From Pholidichthys leucotaenia (Eukaryota): a stretch of 64,000 nucleotides of DNA. The DNA lies in the NCBI GenBank assembly GCA_020510985.1, contig CM035843.1, positions 157,059,922 through 157,123,921 of the forward strand, written 5' to 3'. Positions 22,825 through 33,245 of this stretch are shown here, one piece after another. The notes beneath the pieces are model-generated. The model was given only the letters and a program-made list of their open reading frames with translations. It made no database searches and was not told the origin of the DNA. The translations under genes and the position numbers were made by a program. Every line of letters starts with the position of its first letter. The first letter of the stretch is position 1.

Positions 22825-23664
22825 CTAGTCCGTACCTGGCAGCACCCCGGGTTGGATCAGGGAGATGGTAGAACCGGTGTCGATCAGGGCCCGGATCGGT
22901 GTGTTGTCCAGGCTGCAGTGTCGGTACATCCCTGGTGAGTGTCCAGTTCGGCCCACACATGGTGACAGTTCATTGCGGGAAATGTCTGTGGGAGGCGGCA
23001 GGTCCCCGTCTATGCCACCTCGCTCTTGTTCAACGTTGGCGAGAGGCCGGTTTGTCGAGGAGGTGGGTGCTGCGCAGTACCGCGCGATGTGTCCTGGCTC
23101 CCCGCAGCAGAAGCACCCTTCCTCGTGCTGCCGTGGCCATCTTCTCCTTGGCCGCGCTGCTGTGGTCCGGCGCAGTTCCTCCTCCTCCTCCTCGCTCTCA
23201 GCCGTGGTCTGGAAGGCTCTCTGCCTCGGTGCCGACACATCAGCTGCACAATCAATTAGTGGTCCCACCTGCTCCGCTTCTACCACAGCCGTCTCCCAGA
23301 TGCTCGCGGCGTGAATCTGGATGTGGCTCTGGAGCTGGGCCGGGCGGAGTCCCCGGATGAAGTTCTGTAGGACAAGCTTCTCCACTGCCCCCGGTTCAAA
23401 ATCCGGGTAATCACACTGTGTCAGCAGCAATATGTCTGCTGCGTAGGCTCCCAGGATCTCTCGGCTGTCTCGCCGGCGGTTGGCCAGCTGTTCTTGGGCA
23501 TGCTTAGTGTTGGCCGCTCCCCCAAACCACCTCCGGAGTGTTCCTAGTAGCACTGGCCAGCTGCGGCGTTCCTCGGGTCGGAGATCGGACAGTGTGCAGA
23601 GAGCCCTTCCCTCCAGGGCCAGCGCAAAGTGCACGGTGGTCTCTTTGGGTGGCCAGCCATTCAA
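22825..23664 (-). CDS. G1 gag with CCHC zinc knuckle plus aspartic protease.
   Basis: CFCCGEPGHIARYC; ALIDTGSTISLI. Confidence 0.8.
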   Translation of the reverse strand: MNGWPPKETTVHFALALEGRALCTLSDLRPEERRSWPVLLGTLRRWFGGAANTKHAQEQLANRRRDSREILGAYAADILLLTQCDYPDFEPGAVEKLVLQNFIRGLRPAQLQSHIQIHAASIWETAVVEAEQVGPLIDCAADVSAPRQRAFQTTAESEEEEEELRRTTAARPRRRWPRQHEEGCFCCGEPGHIARYCAAPTSSTNRPLANVEQERGGIDGDLPPPTDISRNELSPCVGRTGHSPGMYRHCSLDNTPIRALIDTGSTISLIQPGVLPGTD

Positions 23665-24047
23665 CAGAGCAGCCAGCTCAACCTGGGCCAGATAGTTGTC
23701 CTGCAGGGTTTTGCCGTTAATCCGCCCACTGGTGGATTGGTGGGATGGTCGCCTCTTGGTCGATCGCCGCCCCTGGTCGCAGTGGAATCGCTGGCTCGTC
23801 CCGCCCTGAAAAGGGTGGGAAGCGGGGCTGATCTGTTCTGCTTAGCCAACCCTGCCATGAAAAAGGCAGAAGGCAGGGTATGCTGGTCCCGTCGGGTCCG
23901 CTGCTCTATTCATCCCGATGAGCAACTCCAGGGGTCGGTGTACCAGCTCTGTCATCCATCCCCAGCTGAGCGATGAACCGCTCCAGCTGCTCAATCTCTG
24001 CTCTGATTCTGGCTTCCATCTGCTCCATAGCCCACTCCTGACAACAG

Positions 24048-24246
24048 TGTGACGTTGTGAGGGTTCACACAAGAAAGGAGAGATGACTGTGGCAAACAGG
24101 CTTTATTTATACACACACACTCAACACAGAACGGAGGGGAGGTCATTCACACAGACCCCCGTCTCACTTATGGTGACAAAAACACAAGATCAATCACTGC
24201 CCTACTGGTCTTATAACACTGCTGTGTCATTATAACTGCGTTATAA
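24048..24246 (-). repeat. G1 5' LTR (reads TGTATCAT...GTCACA in element orientation).
   Basis: Identical in order to the split 3' LTR at 11887..12037 plus 17105..17172. The gag N-terminal coding region begins immediately inside it. Confidence 0.7.
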
Positions 24247-24476
24247 TGATGTTGTAGAAGTTGGGTTAATCATCTCAGACTGGATGCAGAGGGTAAACAG
24301 AGAAGGACAATAGGTATTGAGATGTGAGAAGGGCGGTTGATATAAAAGGAGAGACCCTGGTGTATTGAGATATGCTTTTTCTGTGTATGACTGATGTGAG
24401 AGTGAATAAAGTCATCTGCTGCATAAATCTGCCTCCGTTATTTGCACTCTCCACACTGGTGACCTCTTGACAAATT

Positions 24477-25223
24477 ATGGAACACGAGGCAAGAACCCCG
24501 GAGTCGGCCCGGACGGGAAGCCCCAGCAATGCGTACACTGTTTCAGTCAAATTACCGGACTTTTGGCTGCACGACCCACGGTCTTGGTTCCACCACACCG
24601 AGGCTCAGTTCACCCTCCGGAGAATAACCGCAGACGACACCAGATATTACTATGTGGTCGCAGTGCTGGACGCTCGCATGTCTCAGCAAGTAGCGAGCCT
24701 GCTCCAACAGCCTCCAGCCCACAACAAATACGGGGCTCTTAAGGCCGCGCTGACCCGGCGCTACACGCTCTTGGACTGTGAGAGAGCAGAGAGGCTCCTT
24801 AGGCGCTCCGAGTTAGGAGATGGGTCGGGGGTCGAACTGATGGAGAAGCTGTTGGCATTGATGGGCACGGACGACGGGCATTTTCTGTTTGCCCACCTTT
24901 TTCTCCGGAACCTCCCAACAGAGGCAAGAGTGGTCCTTGCCAATTCGATGTTGCTGGCCGTGCATGACTACCGGGCACTAGCCCAGGAGGCAGATCGGAT
25001 CATCCTCACCACCAGAGCCCTCACAGTGAATGCGGCAGCATCGGAACCCAGCGAGACGACCAGCGGAGGCGAGGAGCCGGCGACGGTAGCAGCAGCAGGA
25101 GCCAGGAAGCACCAGAGAGACATGCTCTGCTTCTACCACCGCCGCTTTGGAGAGGACGCACGCAGATGCGTGCCACCGTGCCAATTCAAGCATTCAGGAA
25201 ACGCCAAGGCCGGCAGTCAGTAG
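24477..25223 (+). CDS. Element A gag-like protein.
   Basis: LPDFWLHDPRSWFHHTEAQF N-terminal motif shared with A2 gag (LLDFWQNNRRSWFNAVEAQF). C-terminal Cys/His cluster CFYHRRFGEDARRCVPPC. Confidence 0.6.
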   Translation: MEHEARTPESARTGSPSNAYTVSVKLPDFWLHDPRSWFHHTEAQFTLRRITADDTRYYYVVAVLDARMSQQVASLLQQPPAHNKYGALKAALTRRYTLLDCERAERLLRRSELGDGSGVELMEKLLALMGTDDGHFLFAHLFLRNLPTEARVVLANSMLLAVHDYRALAQEADRIILTTRALTVNAAASEPSETTSGGEEPATVAAAGARKHQRDMLCFYHRRFGEDARRCVPPCQFKHSGNAKAGSQ

Positions 25224-25753
25224 CAGTTGCGACCGCCGGTGAAGAGAACAAGCTGCTCTACGTGACGGACTCGCGCTCGGGGAGATGGTTCCTCGTAGAC
25301 ACCGGCTTCCAAAAGAGCCTCATCCTGCCGTCCTATGCCGACCGGCTAGCAGGAGCTAGCGGCCCCCAGCTGGTAGCCGTAAACGGCTCGGGCATTAAGA
25401 CTTTTGGTCGGAGAACACTGATTTTATCCCTACACGGCTGTATGTACGAGTGGACTTTTGTCATAGCGGCATTGAGTTTCCCAATCCTGGGAGCTGATTT
25501 TCTGTGTGCACACGGGTTGCTAGTTGATGTTGCTAACAGACGCTTGGTTAATGCAATGTCTTTTGATTCTCTCCCCTGTACAGCTCGAAGGGCTGGGCCA
25601 ATAACACAAGCCAACGTCACAGCTCCAGGCGGTAAGTTCGACACACTGCTCACTCAGTTCCCAGCACTCTTGGTCCCAACGTTTTCAGCGGCCAGCACTA
25701 AACACGGAGTGGAACACTTTATCACCACCACTGGGCCACCCGTTTTCGCATGA
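25166..25753 (+). CDS. Element A aspartic protease.
   Basis: FLVDTGFQKSLI. Confidence 0.7.
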   Translation: MRATVPIQAFRKRQGRQSVAVATAGEENKLLYVTDSRSGRWFLVDTGFQKSLILPSYADRLAGASGPQLVAVNGSGIKTFGRRTLILSLHGCMYEWTFVIAALSFPILGADFLCAHGLLVDVANRRLVNAMSFDSLPCTARRAGPITQANVTAPGGKFDTLLTQFPALLVPTFSAASTKHGVEHFITTTGPPVFA

Positions 25754-25762
25754 CCTCGGCAC

Positions 25763-26203
25763 GTGGACGCAGCTAAACTGGCCATAGCGTGCAAGGAGTT
25801 TGCCAACTTGGAAAGGTTGGGCATCATCAGGCGCTCAAACAGCCCATGGGCATCCTCGCTACACATGGTCCCTAAGGCCGAGAGATCATGGCGACCGTGC
25901 AGAGATTTCCGCAGGTTGAATAACACCACAGTACACGACTGCTACTCGATTCCCATATTCAGGATTTTTCTGTTCACCTCGCCGGAGCACGCATTTTTTC
26001 TAAAATAGACCAGGTCCGCGGTTACCACCAGGTCCCAGTGCGCACGGAGGACATACCCAAAACAGTGGTAATAACTCCGTTTGGCTTGTTTGAGTTTTTA
26101 CGCATGCCCTTCGGATTAAAAGGCACGGCACAGACATTCCAGCGCATGATGGATGCGGTGTTGCATGTTGTTGTGTTGCCGTTTGTGTTTGTCTACCTGG
26201 ATG
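25763..26203 (+). pseudogene. Element A RT N-terminal region, truncated by an L2 fragment insertion.
   Basis: VVITPFGLFEFLRMPFGLKGTAQTFQRMMD ... YLD. YLDDILV is interrupted after YLD. Confidence 0.7.
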
Positions 26204-26673
26204 TCTACCAGGACCCGGAGGCGTGCTGGCCGGATCATAGCCGATCCCTCACACCCTGGTCACGTACTGTTTGCCCCCCTCCCCTCTGGTAGAAGACTTC
26301 GGTCCATCCAGACTAAAACCTCCCGTCACATGAACAGCTTCTTCCCCTCTGCCATCAGACTGCTGAACACTAAGTGACTTATTGACTCTCGTGCACTATG
26401 TACAGCAGCTCAACCAGACTCATGTCAATCATCACTGTTTTCTTCCTGCATTACCGACTGCACTATATAGTTCTCCACAGTATCTGCTCCTCGCTAATAT
26501 ATTTTAACTGCTGACCAGTATCACTTACTCTTATTCTACACTTTATTGCATGTATAGTTTATTTCTTTTATCTTATCATGTTTAATGTTGCAGCATTGCA
26601 CCGAGACAAATTCCTAGTTTGTGTACTACATGAACAATGGCAATAAACCTGATTCTGATTCTGATTCTGATTC
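26204..26673 (+). mobile_element. 3' terminal fragment of an L2-like LINE (family 3) with a (GATTCT)n tail and a TSD of about GATG.
   Basis: ORF 26153..26377 ends ...[10 protein letters not shown], identical to the C-terminus of the minus-strand ORF 34183..35547. The 3' UTR matches the reverse complement of 33896..34182. Confidence 0.8.
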
Positions 26674-26680
26674 TGATGAT

Positions 26681-27634
26681 ATCCTGGTGGCCAGTGCATC
26701 CGAGGACGAGCACGTAACCCACCTCAGGATGGTTTTCCGGAGGTTGGAGGAGCACGGGTTAATAATCAACTCAGCGAAATGTCAGTTTGGCGTGACGGGG
26801 ATTGACTTTTTGGGGCACCGCGTCTCACCGGAGGGAGCGATACCCTTGCCCGACAAGGTGCGCATCGTGGTGAATTTTCCCCGACCTCAGACGGTCAGGG
26901 CGCTGCAAGAGTTTTTGGGGATGGTTGACTTTTATAACCAGTTCTTCCCCCACGGAGCTCAGCTTATGCAGTCATTGTACACCGCGCTCAAGAAACGGAA
27001 ACCGGCGGACAGAGTCAAATGGACTCCGGAGCGGGAGCAGGCGTTCTCTGAGGTTAAAACAGCCCTGGCAAACGCCACACTGTTGGCGCACCCAGACCCA
27101 GCGGCCCGGATAGCACTCACTACCAATGCCTCGGACGTGGCCATAGGGGCCGTCGTGGAGCAACGCATTGCCGGTTCTTGGCAGCCGCTCGCTTTTTTCA
27201 GCAGGGCTTTGCACGACAGTGAGCGTAAATACAGCACGTTCGACAGAGAGTTGCTGGCTCTCCATCTGGCCATACACTACTTCCAGTTCTGGCTGGATGG
27301 GTGCAGCTTCACCGCGTTCGTGGACCACAAGCCGCTAACGTTTGCGATGGCCAAGGTTTCGGAACCATGGTCGGGCCGGCAGCAGAGACAGCTGGCCACG
27401 ATCTCGGAGTTTACGACCGATATTCAGCATGTGTCAGGTAAACTGAATGTGGTGGCAGACTACCTCTCGCGCAGTAGTGGCCCCGGTCTGCGTGGGGATA
27501 GATTATACAGCCATGGCCGCAGAGCAGTTTGGCGATGCGGACGTGTGCGCGCTCCAGTCTGGACCAACAGGGTTAAGGCTGGAGAGCAGAGTACTGCAAG
27601 ACGGCAGCCCCCCCCCCCCCCCCCCAATCTGTGA
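26681..27634 (+). CDS. Element A RT C-terminal region plus RNase H.
   Basis: ILVASASEDEH, KCQFGVTGIDFLGHRVS, TNASDVAIGAVV and VDHKPLTF motifs. Confidence 0.75.
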   Translation: MLVASASEDEHVTHLRMVFRRLEEHGLIINSAKCQFGVTGIDFLGHRVSPEGAIPLPDKVRIVVNFPRPQTVRALQEFLGMVDFYNQFFPHGAQLMQSLYTALKKRKPADRVKWTPEREQAFSEVKTALANATLLAHPDPAARIALTTNASDVAIGAVVEQRIAGSWQPLAFFSRALHDSERKYSTFDRELLALHLAIHYFQFWLDGCSFTAFVDHKPLTFAMAKVSEPWSGRQQRQLATISEFTTDIQHVSGKLNVVADYLSRSSGPGLRGDRLYSHGRRAVWRCGRVRAPVWTNRVKAGEQSTARRQPPPPPPNL

Positions 27635-27782
27635 CGTCTCCACAGAACGCCCGCACCCGGTGGTCCCAGTTGCTTGGCGCCGCTGTGTGTTTGAGTCAGT
27701 TCACGCTCTGGCGCACCCAGGAGAGCGCGCGTCAGTTAAAATGGTGGGAGCGAAGTTCGTATAGCCAGGCCTGCGCAAACAA

Positions 27783-28631
27783 GTGAAAGAGTGGGCTGCA
27801 GCCTGCGTAGCGTGCCAACGAGCCAAAGTGCACAGACACACAAAGGCTCCTTTGGAGCCGTTTCGCATACTGGCTAAGAGGTTCGACCATGTTCACGTGG
27901 ACCTCGTGGGCCCCCTCCCGCCATCACAGGGGTGCATGCACCTTCTGACAGTGGTGGACCGCACCACACACTGGCCAGAAGCAGTCCCGCTGGCGGCAAC
28001 CACATCTGCGGACGTGGCACGCGCTTTTTTGACGACATGGGCGGCACGTTTTGGCATCCCGTCGGACATCACATCCGATAGGGGCCCACAGTTTGTTTCC
28101 GACCTCTGGTCCGCGATGGCCCGTAGCCTGGGTGTTGCAATTCATCGCACAACCGCGTACAACCCACAGGCCAATGGGTTATGCAAGTGTTTTCATAGGT
28201 CACTGAAAGCAGCGCTCAGGGCTTCGCTGACGGATGCAAATTGGGTAGACCGGTTGTCGTGGGTTTTATTGAGGTTGCGTTCCGCACCAAAAGAGTATTT
28301 GGAGGCTTCCCCGGCGGAGCTTGTTTTTTGTCAGCCACTGCGGCTCCCCGGGGAATTTTTGTCAGATAATACCGCGCCGGACAACTGTCCGTCTCAGCAT
28401 TCGCAGCATAGCGCAAACACAGACACGCTGCTGGGCCTGGCCCACCACTGTTTTCCACGCGCTTTTGTGCCAAAAACTTTGAAGAACGTGGCGTTCGTGT
28501 TTGTCAGGCACGATGCCCACCGCCCCCCATTGCGCCCACCCTACGATGGGCCGTTCAGAGTGCTGGAAACAGGGGACAAACAGCCGCGGAGGCGGAAAAC
28601 CCCCATTACAGCAGATACAGGAGGAGACTGA
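27783..28631 (+). CDS. Element A integrase core and C-terminal region.
   Basis: [19 protein letters not shown] and AYNPQANGLCKCFHRSLK. The HHCC region lies in the preceding frame-shifted ORF 27447..27764. Confidence 0.75.
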   Translation: MKEWAAACVACQRAKVHRHTKAPLEPFRILAKRFDHVHVDLVGPLPPSQGCMHLLTVVDRTTHWPEAVPLAATTSADVARAFLTTWAARFGIPSDITSDRGPQFVSDLWSAMARSLGVAIHRTTAYNPQANGLCKCFHRSLKAALRASLTDANWVDRLSWVLLRLRSAPKEYLEASPAELVFCQPLRLPGEFLSDNTAPDNCPSQHSQHSANTDTLLGLAHHCFPRAFVPKTLKNVAFVFVRHDAHRPPLRPPYDGPFRVLETGDKQPRRRKTPITADTGGD

Positions 28632-30229
28632 AGCCAAAAGGATGTGAGGACTGAAACTTGGTCTGAGATTCTGGGGGGAGTGATGTAGAAGCTGGCTTAA
28701 TCATCTCAGACTGGATGCAGAGGGTAAACAGAGAAGGACAATAGGTATTGAGATGTGAGATGGGCGGTTGATATAAAAGGAGAGACCCTGGTGTATTGAG
28801 ATATGCTTTTTCTGTGTATGACTGATGTGAGAGTGAATAAAGTCATCTGCTGCATAAGTCTGCCTCTGTTATTTGCACTCTCCACAGTGTCCCCTTAATA
28901 CAGCCCTAACGTTACAATATATTTATACGATCTAACAGCTAAGTTAATGCTAGGTGGCAAGACATTTTGTTACAGTTACTATGTCAGCATAGCAACTATT
29001 TTATATGAATTCTTCATGGAATCATAATGTGATGAGAGTATATTCGGTTTGTTTAATCAAAACAACAAAAGTGTGTGGGCATCAGAAAGTTTTTCTATCA
29101 GCATCCATGTTTAGCTTCCCACTGGAGTCGAGGCGGTGGAAACGTTAGATACTTCAGTTTATAATACGACTTTGCACCAGAGATAGAAGAGCCTGAATAA
29201 ACCTCTGATGACCTCCCACAGTCACTCCATAAACTGAGGTTTCCTTTTGATTCTTGAAGATCAGCTGTAGAATAAAGAAAACATTTAAGAATCTCCTCGT
29301 CTTCCCACGGATTTTCTTTCTTTTTCTTTTATTTATCAGTGAGGGATTCTAGTTTGTGATGGGCAAAAACAGCAGCTGTAAGAATCCCCACTGGGAGCCC
29401 GCATGTGCTTGTGCTGGAAAGGCGGTCGCAGTGTGTAAACGTGTGCGCCTGCATTAATCACGCAGTGAGACGTGGGTCTAGTGAGCACTTTATTACAGGC
29501 AGCAACACCGATTCTGGCCTGAAAACATCTCAGTTCACGGACCCCGTAGAGGTTCCCCTGAGGTGGTGCTCCAAGTTGATGTGATTCATCACGCCGTTCC
29601 TCACAGGGTTTTGCTTCTTCACACTTCTCACTCCTGAAGGTGTTCCATCATGTCTGGTTGCTGGGGAAGCCACTCAGCTCCCTGGCATTTATGGAATAAA
29701 TGATCAGCGGTGCAGTGGTGAGCACTGTAGCAGCACAGCAAGAATCAGTCAATCAATCAAACTTTATTTGAATAACACTTTTTAAACATTAGATGTTGCG
29801 CAAAGTGCTTTACATAGATAAAAACAGTAGACACATTTAGCTACATATTTTACATGATACATTCCCACCCCTTCCAACCCTCCCATAAACAAACCCACAA
29901 ACACAACACACACAGGCACATACATCACCCCCTACTTCTCTTACACACATATAAAATAAAAGAGACATTGCTCGACACCGAGGCACCATCCTGTGGAGCC
30001 CCCCATGCCGGGATATCACACAGCCAGTAACCACAGAAGGTGCCACAAGGGCCTCCCCAACCAGGACAGGCCGGGGCCCGCACCACAGCTGTAGGGAGTG
30101 GTATAAAGCCCCCACCCACCCAAGCAAGAGTGACCCACGAGACCAACACCTCTGCAGATGAGCCAGGCAGCATCCGGCATGAGGGGCTCCACTGAGGAAA
30201 CACCTGAACTAAAGCACATAAATACAAGA

Positions 30230-30600
30230 TAAAACTAAGAACACACAGAGCAAAGGGAACTAAAGACCCATACTTAGAAACTGAGCTAAGAACACATCAA
30301 AATAAGAAAATCTAAAAGCAAATGGCGCTAAGAAGAAGAATGTAAACCAATGGAACATATAAATGACTACTTCAATAATAGTTAAATGGTTTGTTAAAAG
30401 CCAACATTTAAAAAGGTACAAAAAGAACTAAGAACACATAAAAACAGGAACTAAAAACCCATACTTAAAAACTGAACTAAACACATCAATAAGAAGATGA
30501 GAAAATCTAAGAACAAATAGCGCCAAGAAGAACATAAAACAATGGAACATAAATGACTACTTCATTAATAGTTAAACAGGTTTATTAAAAGCCAAATTAA
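30230..30600. repeat. Two tandem copies of a ~190-bp unit inside the family-5 LINE 3' UTR.
   Basis: 30230..30415 is similar to 30420..30600 (CTAAGAACACA...CCATACTTA...AATGGAACAT...). Confidence 0.6.
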
Positions 30601-30800
30601 AAAGGTGGGTCTTGAGCCTGTTCTTAAAAACATCTATTGACTCTACAGCCCTGAGGCTCTATGGCAGGCTGTTCCACAGACGAGAACCATAATAGTGAAA
30701 GGAAGCTTCACCAAAGGTCTTGGTCTTGACTTTGGGAATCTTTAAAAGGCCAGCACCAGAGGACCTCAGGGTTCATGAGTGCTCACAAGATAAAAGCAGC

Positions 30801-31712
30801 TCAGATAGATAAGAAGGCCCAAGACCACAGGCATTTAAAAATTACTAAGTGATCCTTAAAATTGATCCTAAAACACACGGGGAGCCAAGACAGCAATTCT
30901 AAAACAGGTGTAATATGCACCCGCCCCTTGGTCCTTGTTAACACTCGTGTTGCTGAATTTTGGAGCAGTTGGAGATGTGATATTCTTTTTTGAGGAAGAC
31001 CAGAGAGCAGGGCATTACAGTAGTCTATACGACTAGTAATAAAAGCATGCATCAAGACCGCCATGCTGGCAAGAGAGAGAAAAGTGTGGACTCTGGCTAT
31101 ATTCCTAAGATGGTAAAATCCGATTTTTGTTACATTTTTAATGTGTGAAATAAAATTAAAGTCAGAGTCTAAAAGAACGCCCAGGTTCTTGACACAATGT
31201 GAAGGTTTTAGACCTAGCAATTTTGGTAGAAGTTTCTCTCTCTTGTCTTCAGGACCAGTGATTAAAACTTCTGTTTTGCCCTGGTTGCGCTGTAGGAAGT
31301 TTTCTGCCATCCATGACTTTATATCAAAAATACAGTTCAAAGGGGCATTAATTGGTTTTGTGTCATCAGGAGACGTGACAATGTACAGTTGAGTATCATC
31401 AGCATAGCTATGAAAATTGATGCCATGTTTTCTGATAACATCCCCAAGTGGTAACATATAAAGATTAAAAAGTATTGGTCCTAAAATTGATCCTTGGGGT
31501 ACACCACATTTGATTTCACGGATTGCCGAAGAACATGTATCCATACTTACAAAATAGCGGCGATCTGCGAGATAGGAATGAAACCATTCAAGAACAGTAC
31601 CTGAGAGGCCCACCAGGTGTTTGAGTCTGCGTAATAAAATGTGGTGATCTACTTTATCAAAGGCAGCACTGAGCTCCAGCAGCACCAGGACTGACAGTTT
31701 GTTGAAGTCCAT
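30801..31712 (-). CDS. Family-5 LINE reverse transcriptase, C-terminal half.
   Basis: LELSAAFDKVDHHILL, GVPQGSILGPILF and YADD motifs. Confidence 0.8.
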   Translation of the reverse strand: MDFNKLSVLVLLELSAAFDKVDHHILLRRLKHLVGLSGTVLEWFHSYLADRRYFVSMDTCSSAIREIKCGVPQGSILGPILFNLYMLPLGDVIRKHGINFHSYADDTQLYIVTSPDDTKPINAPLNCIFDIKSWMAENFLQRNQGKTEVLITGPEDKREKLLPKLLGLKPSHCVKNLGVLLDSDFNFISHIKNVTKIGFYHLRNIARVHTFLSLASMAVLMHAFITSRIDYCNALLSGLPQKRISHLQLLQNSATRVLTRTKGRVHITPVLELLSWLPVCFRINFKDHLVIFKCLWSWAFLSI

Positions 31713-32004
31713 GCTATACCTGATAATGTTAATGATTTTTAAAAGGGCTGTCTCGGTACTGTGGTTTGTCCTAAAACCAGATTGAAATTTCTCAAAAATG
31801 TCGTGGTCAATAAGAAAATTGTTTAACTGGATAAAAACAATTTTTTCTAAAACTTTACTTAAAAGCAGTAAGTTGGATACAGGTCAGTAGTTACTGAGGA
31901 TATCAGGATCTAAATTACTCTTCTTCAAAAGGGGCTTCACCGCAGCCATTTTAAAGGCAGCGGGGAAAACACCAGTCTAAAGAGAGCAATTTACAATGTT
32001 TAAA

Positions 32005-33245
32005 ATCTCATGTTTGAAGAATCCATTCATCCATCCATCCATCTTCTACTGCTTTTCCGGAGGTCCGGGTCGCGGAGGCAGCCGCTCAAGCAGAGAAGCC
32101 CAGACTTCCCTCTCCCCAGCCACCTGCTCCAGCTCTTCAGAGAGGATACCAAGGCGTTCCCAGACCAGCTGGGAGACATAGTCTATCCACCGAGTCCTGG
32201 GTCTGCCCCGGGGTCTCCTCCCAGTGGGACGTGCCTGAAACACCTCAAGTGGGAGGCGTCCAGGAGGCATCCTAATCAGATGCCCATACCACCTCAACTG
32301 ACTCCTTTCAATGTGGAGGAGCAGCGGTTCTACTCTGAGCCTCTCCTGGATGACTGAGCTCCTCACCCTATCTCTGAGGGTGAGTCCAGCAATCCTAAGG
32401 AGAAAGCTCATTTCAGCCGCTTGTATCCACGATCTTGTTCTTTCAGTCATTACCCAAAGCTCGTGTCCATAGGTGAGAGTAGGAACGTAGATTGACTGGT
32501 AAATCAACAGCTTTGCCTTAGAACTAAGCTCCCTCTTCACCACAACAGACCGGTACAACGTCCGCATCACTGCAGATGCTGCTCCAATCCGTCTGTCGAT
32601 CTCTCGCTCCATTTTCCCCTCACTCTTGAACAAGACCCCAAGATACTTAAACAACTCCACTTGGGGCAGGAGCCTGTCCCCAACCCAGAGAGGACAATCC
32701 ACCTTTTTCCCACTGAGGACCATGGACTCGGACTTGGAGGTGCTGATTCTCATCCCAGCCGCTTCACACTCAGCGGCAAATCGTCCCAGCAAGAGCTGTA
32801 GGTCATTGCTGGATGAAGCCAACAGGACAACATCATCTGCAAACAACAGAGATGAGATCCTGTGCTCACCAAGCATGACACCCTCCATTCCCTGGCTGTG
32901 CCTAGAAATCCTGTCCATAAAAATTATGAACAGGATCGGTGACAAAGGGCAGCCCTGGCGGAGTCCAACTCTCACTGGGAATGAGTCCGACCAAGTGTTG
33001 GCAATACGAACCAAACTCTCACAACGGTCGTACAGAGACCGAATAGCTCGTAACAACAAGCCCAATACCACATACTCCCGAAGCACCCCCCACAAAAAAC
33101 CACGAAGGACGGGGTCAAATGCCTTCTCCAAGTCCACAAAACACATGTAAACTGGTTAGGCAAACTCCCACGAACCCTCAAGAATTCTCGAGAGGGTAAA
33201 GAGCTGGTCCAATGTGCCGATGTTGGGATATAAGAGGAAACTGTG
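32005..33245 (-). mobile_element. Rex1/Babar-like (CR1-group) LINE, 5'-truncated, with a (GATG)n tail.
   Basis: ORF 32046..33146 with CFVDLEKAFD, LLFADDVVLLASS and C-terminal RPRGRPRTRW. Tail CATCCATCCATCCATC at 32022..32045. Confidence 0.7.
32046..33146 (-). CDS. Rex1/Babar-like reverse transcriptase.
   Basis: Complete set of RT blocks within a single 366-aa ORF. Confidence 0.75.
   Translation of the reverse strand: MCFVDLEKAFDPVLRGFLWGVLREYVVLGLLLRAIRSLYDRCESLVRIANTWSDSFPVRVGLRQGCPLSPILFIIFMDRISRHSQGMEGVMLGEHRISSLLFADDVVLLASSSNDLQLLLGRFAAECEAAGMRISTSKSESMVLSGKKVDCPLWVGDRLLPQVELFKYLGVLFKSEGKMEREIDRRIGAASAVMRTLYRSVVVKRELSSKAKLLIYQSIYVPTLTYGHELWVMTERTRSWIQAAEMSFLLRIAGLTLRDRVRSSVIQERLRVEPLLLHIERSQLRWYGHLIRMPPGRLPLEVFQARPTGRRPRGRPRTRWIDYVSQLVWERLGILSEELEQVAGEREVWASLLERLPPRPGPPEKQ

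Larger units (their letters stand above)
11887..24246 (-). mobile_element. Ty3/Gypsy LTR retrotransposon G1 (gag-PR-RT-RH-IN) with ~245-bp LTRs and four nested insertions.
   Basis: The plus-strand segment 24048..24246 equals 11887..12037 joined to 17105..17172, so these are the LTRs. Its gag has a CCHC motif, the protease has ALIDTGS, the RT has LDLxSGYWQ, and the integrase has HHCC and DDE motifs. Confidence 0.8.
24247..28886 (+). mobile_element. LTR retrotransposon A (gag-PR-RT-RH-IN, Gypsy- or BEL-like) with ~208-bp LTRs (TGATGT...CTCCACA) and PBS CTGGTGACC.
   Basis: LTRs at 24247..24455 and 28681..28886. A polypurine run CTGGGGGGAG lies directly 5' of the 3' LTR. The ORFs are listed separately. 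No clean TSD was found. Confidence 0.8.
29745..31990 (-). mobile_element. 5'-truncated L2-like LINE (family 5), with a ~1-kb 3' UTR ending in a (CAATCAATCA)-type tail.
   Basis: RT ORF 30801..31712 ([11 protein letters not shown]). Upstream RT blocks are readable to about 31990. The tail resembles that of LINE copies a and b. Confidence 0.75.

Noticed and set aside
17721-24246. Possibility that 24048..24246 is a solo LTR unrelated to the adjacent G1 interior.
   Set aside because: The gag N-terminal coding region starts directly inside it, and the other end of the element carries the same sequence split by a LINE. I therefore treat it as the G1 5' LTR, though see the finding on element A flanks.
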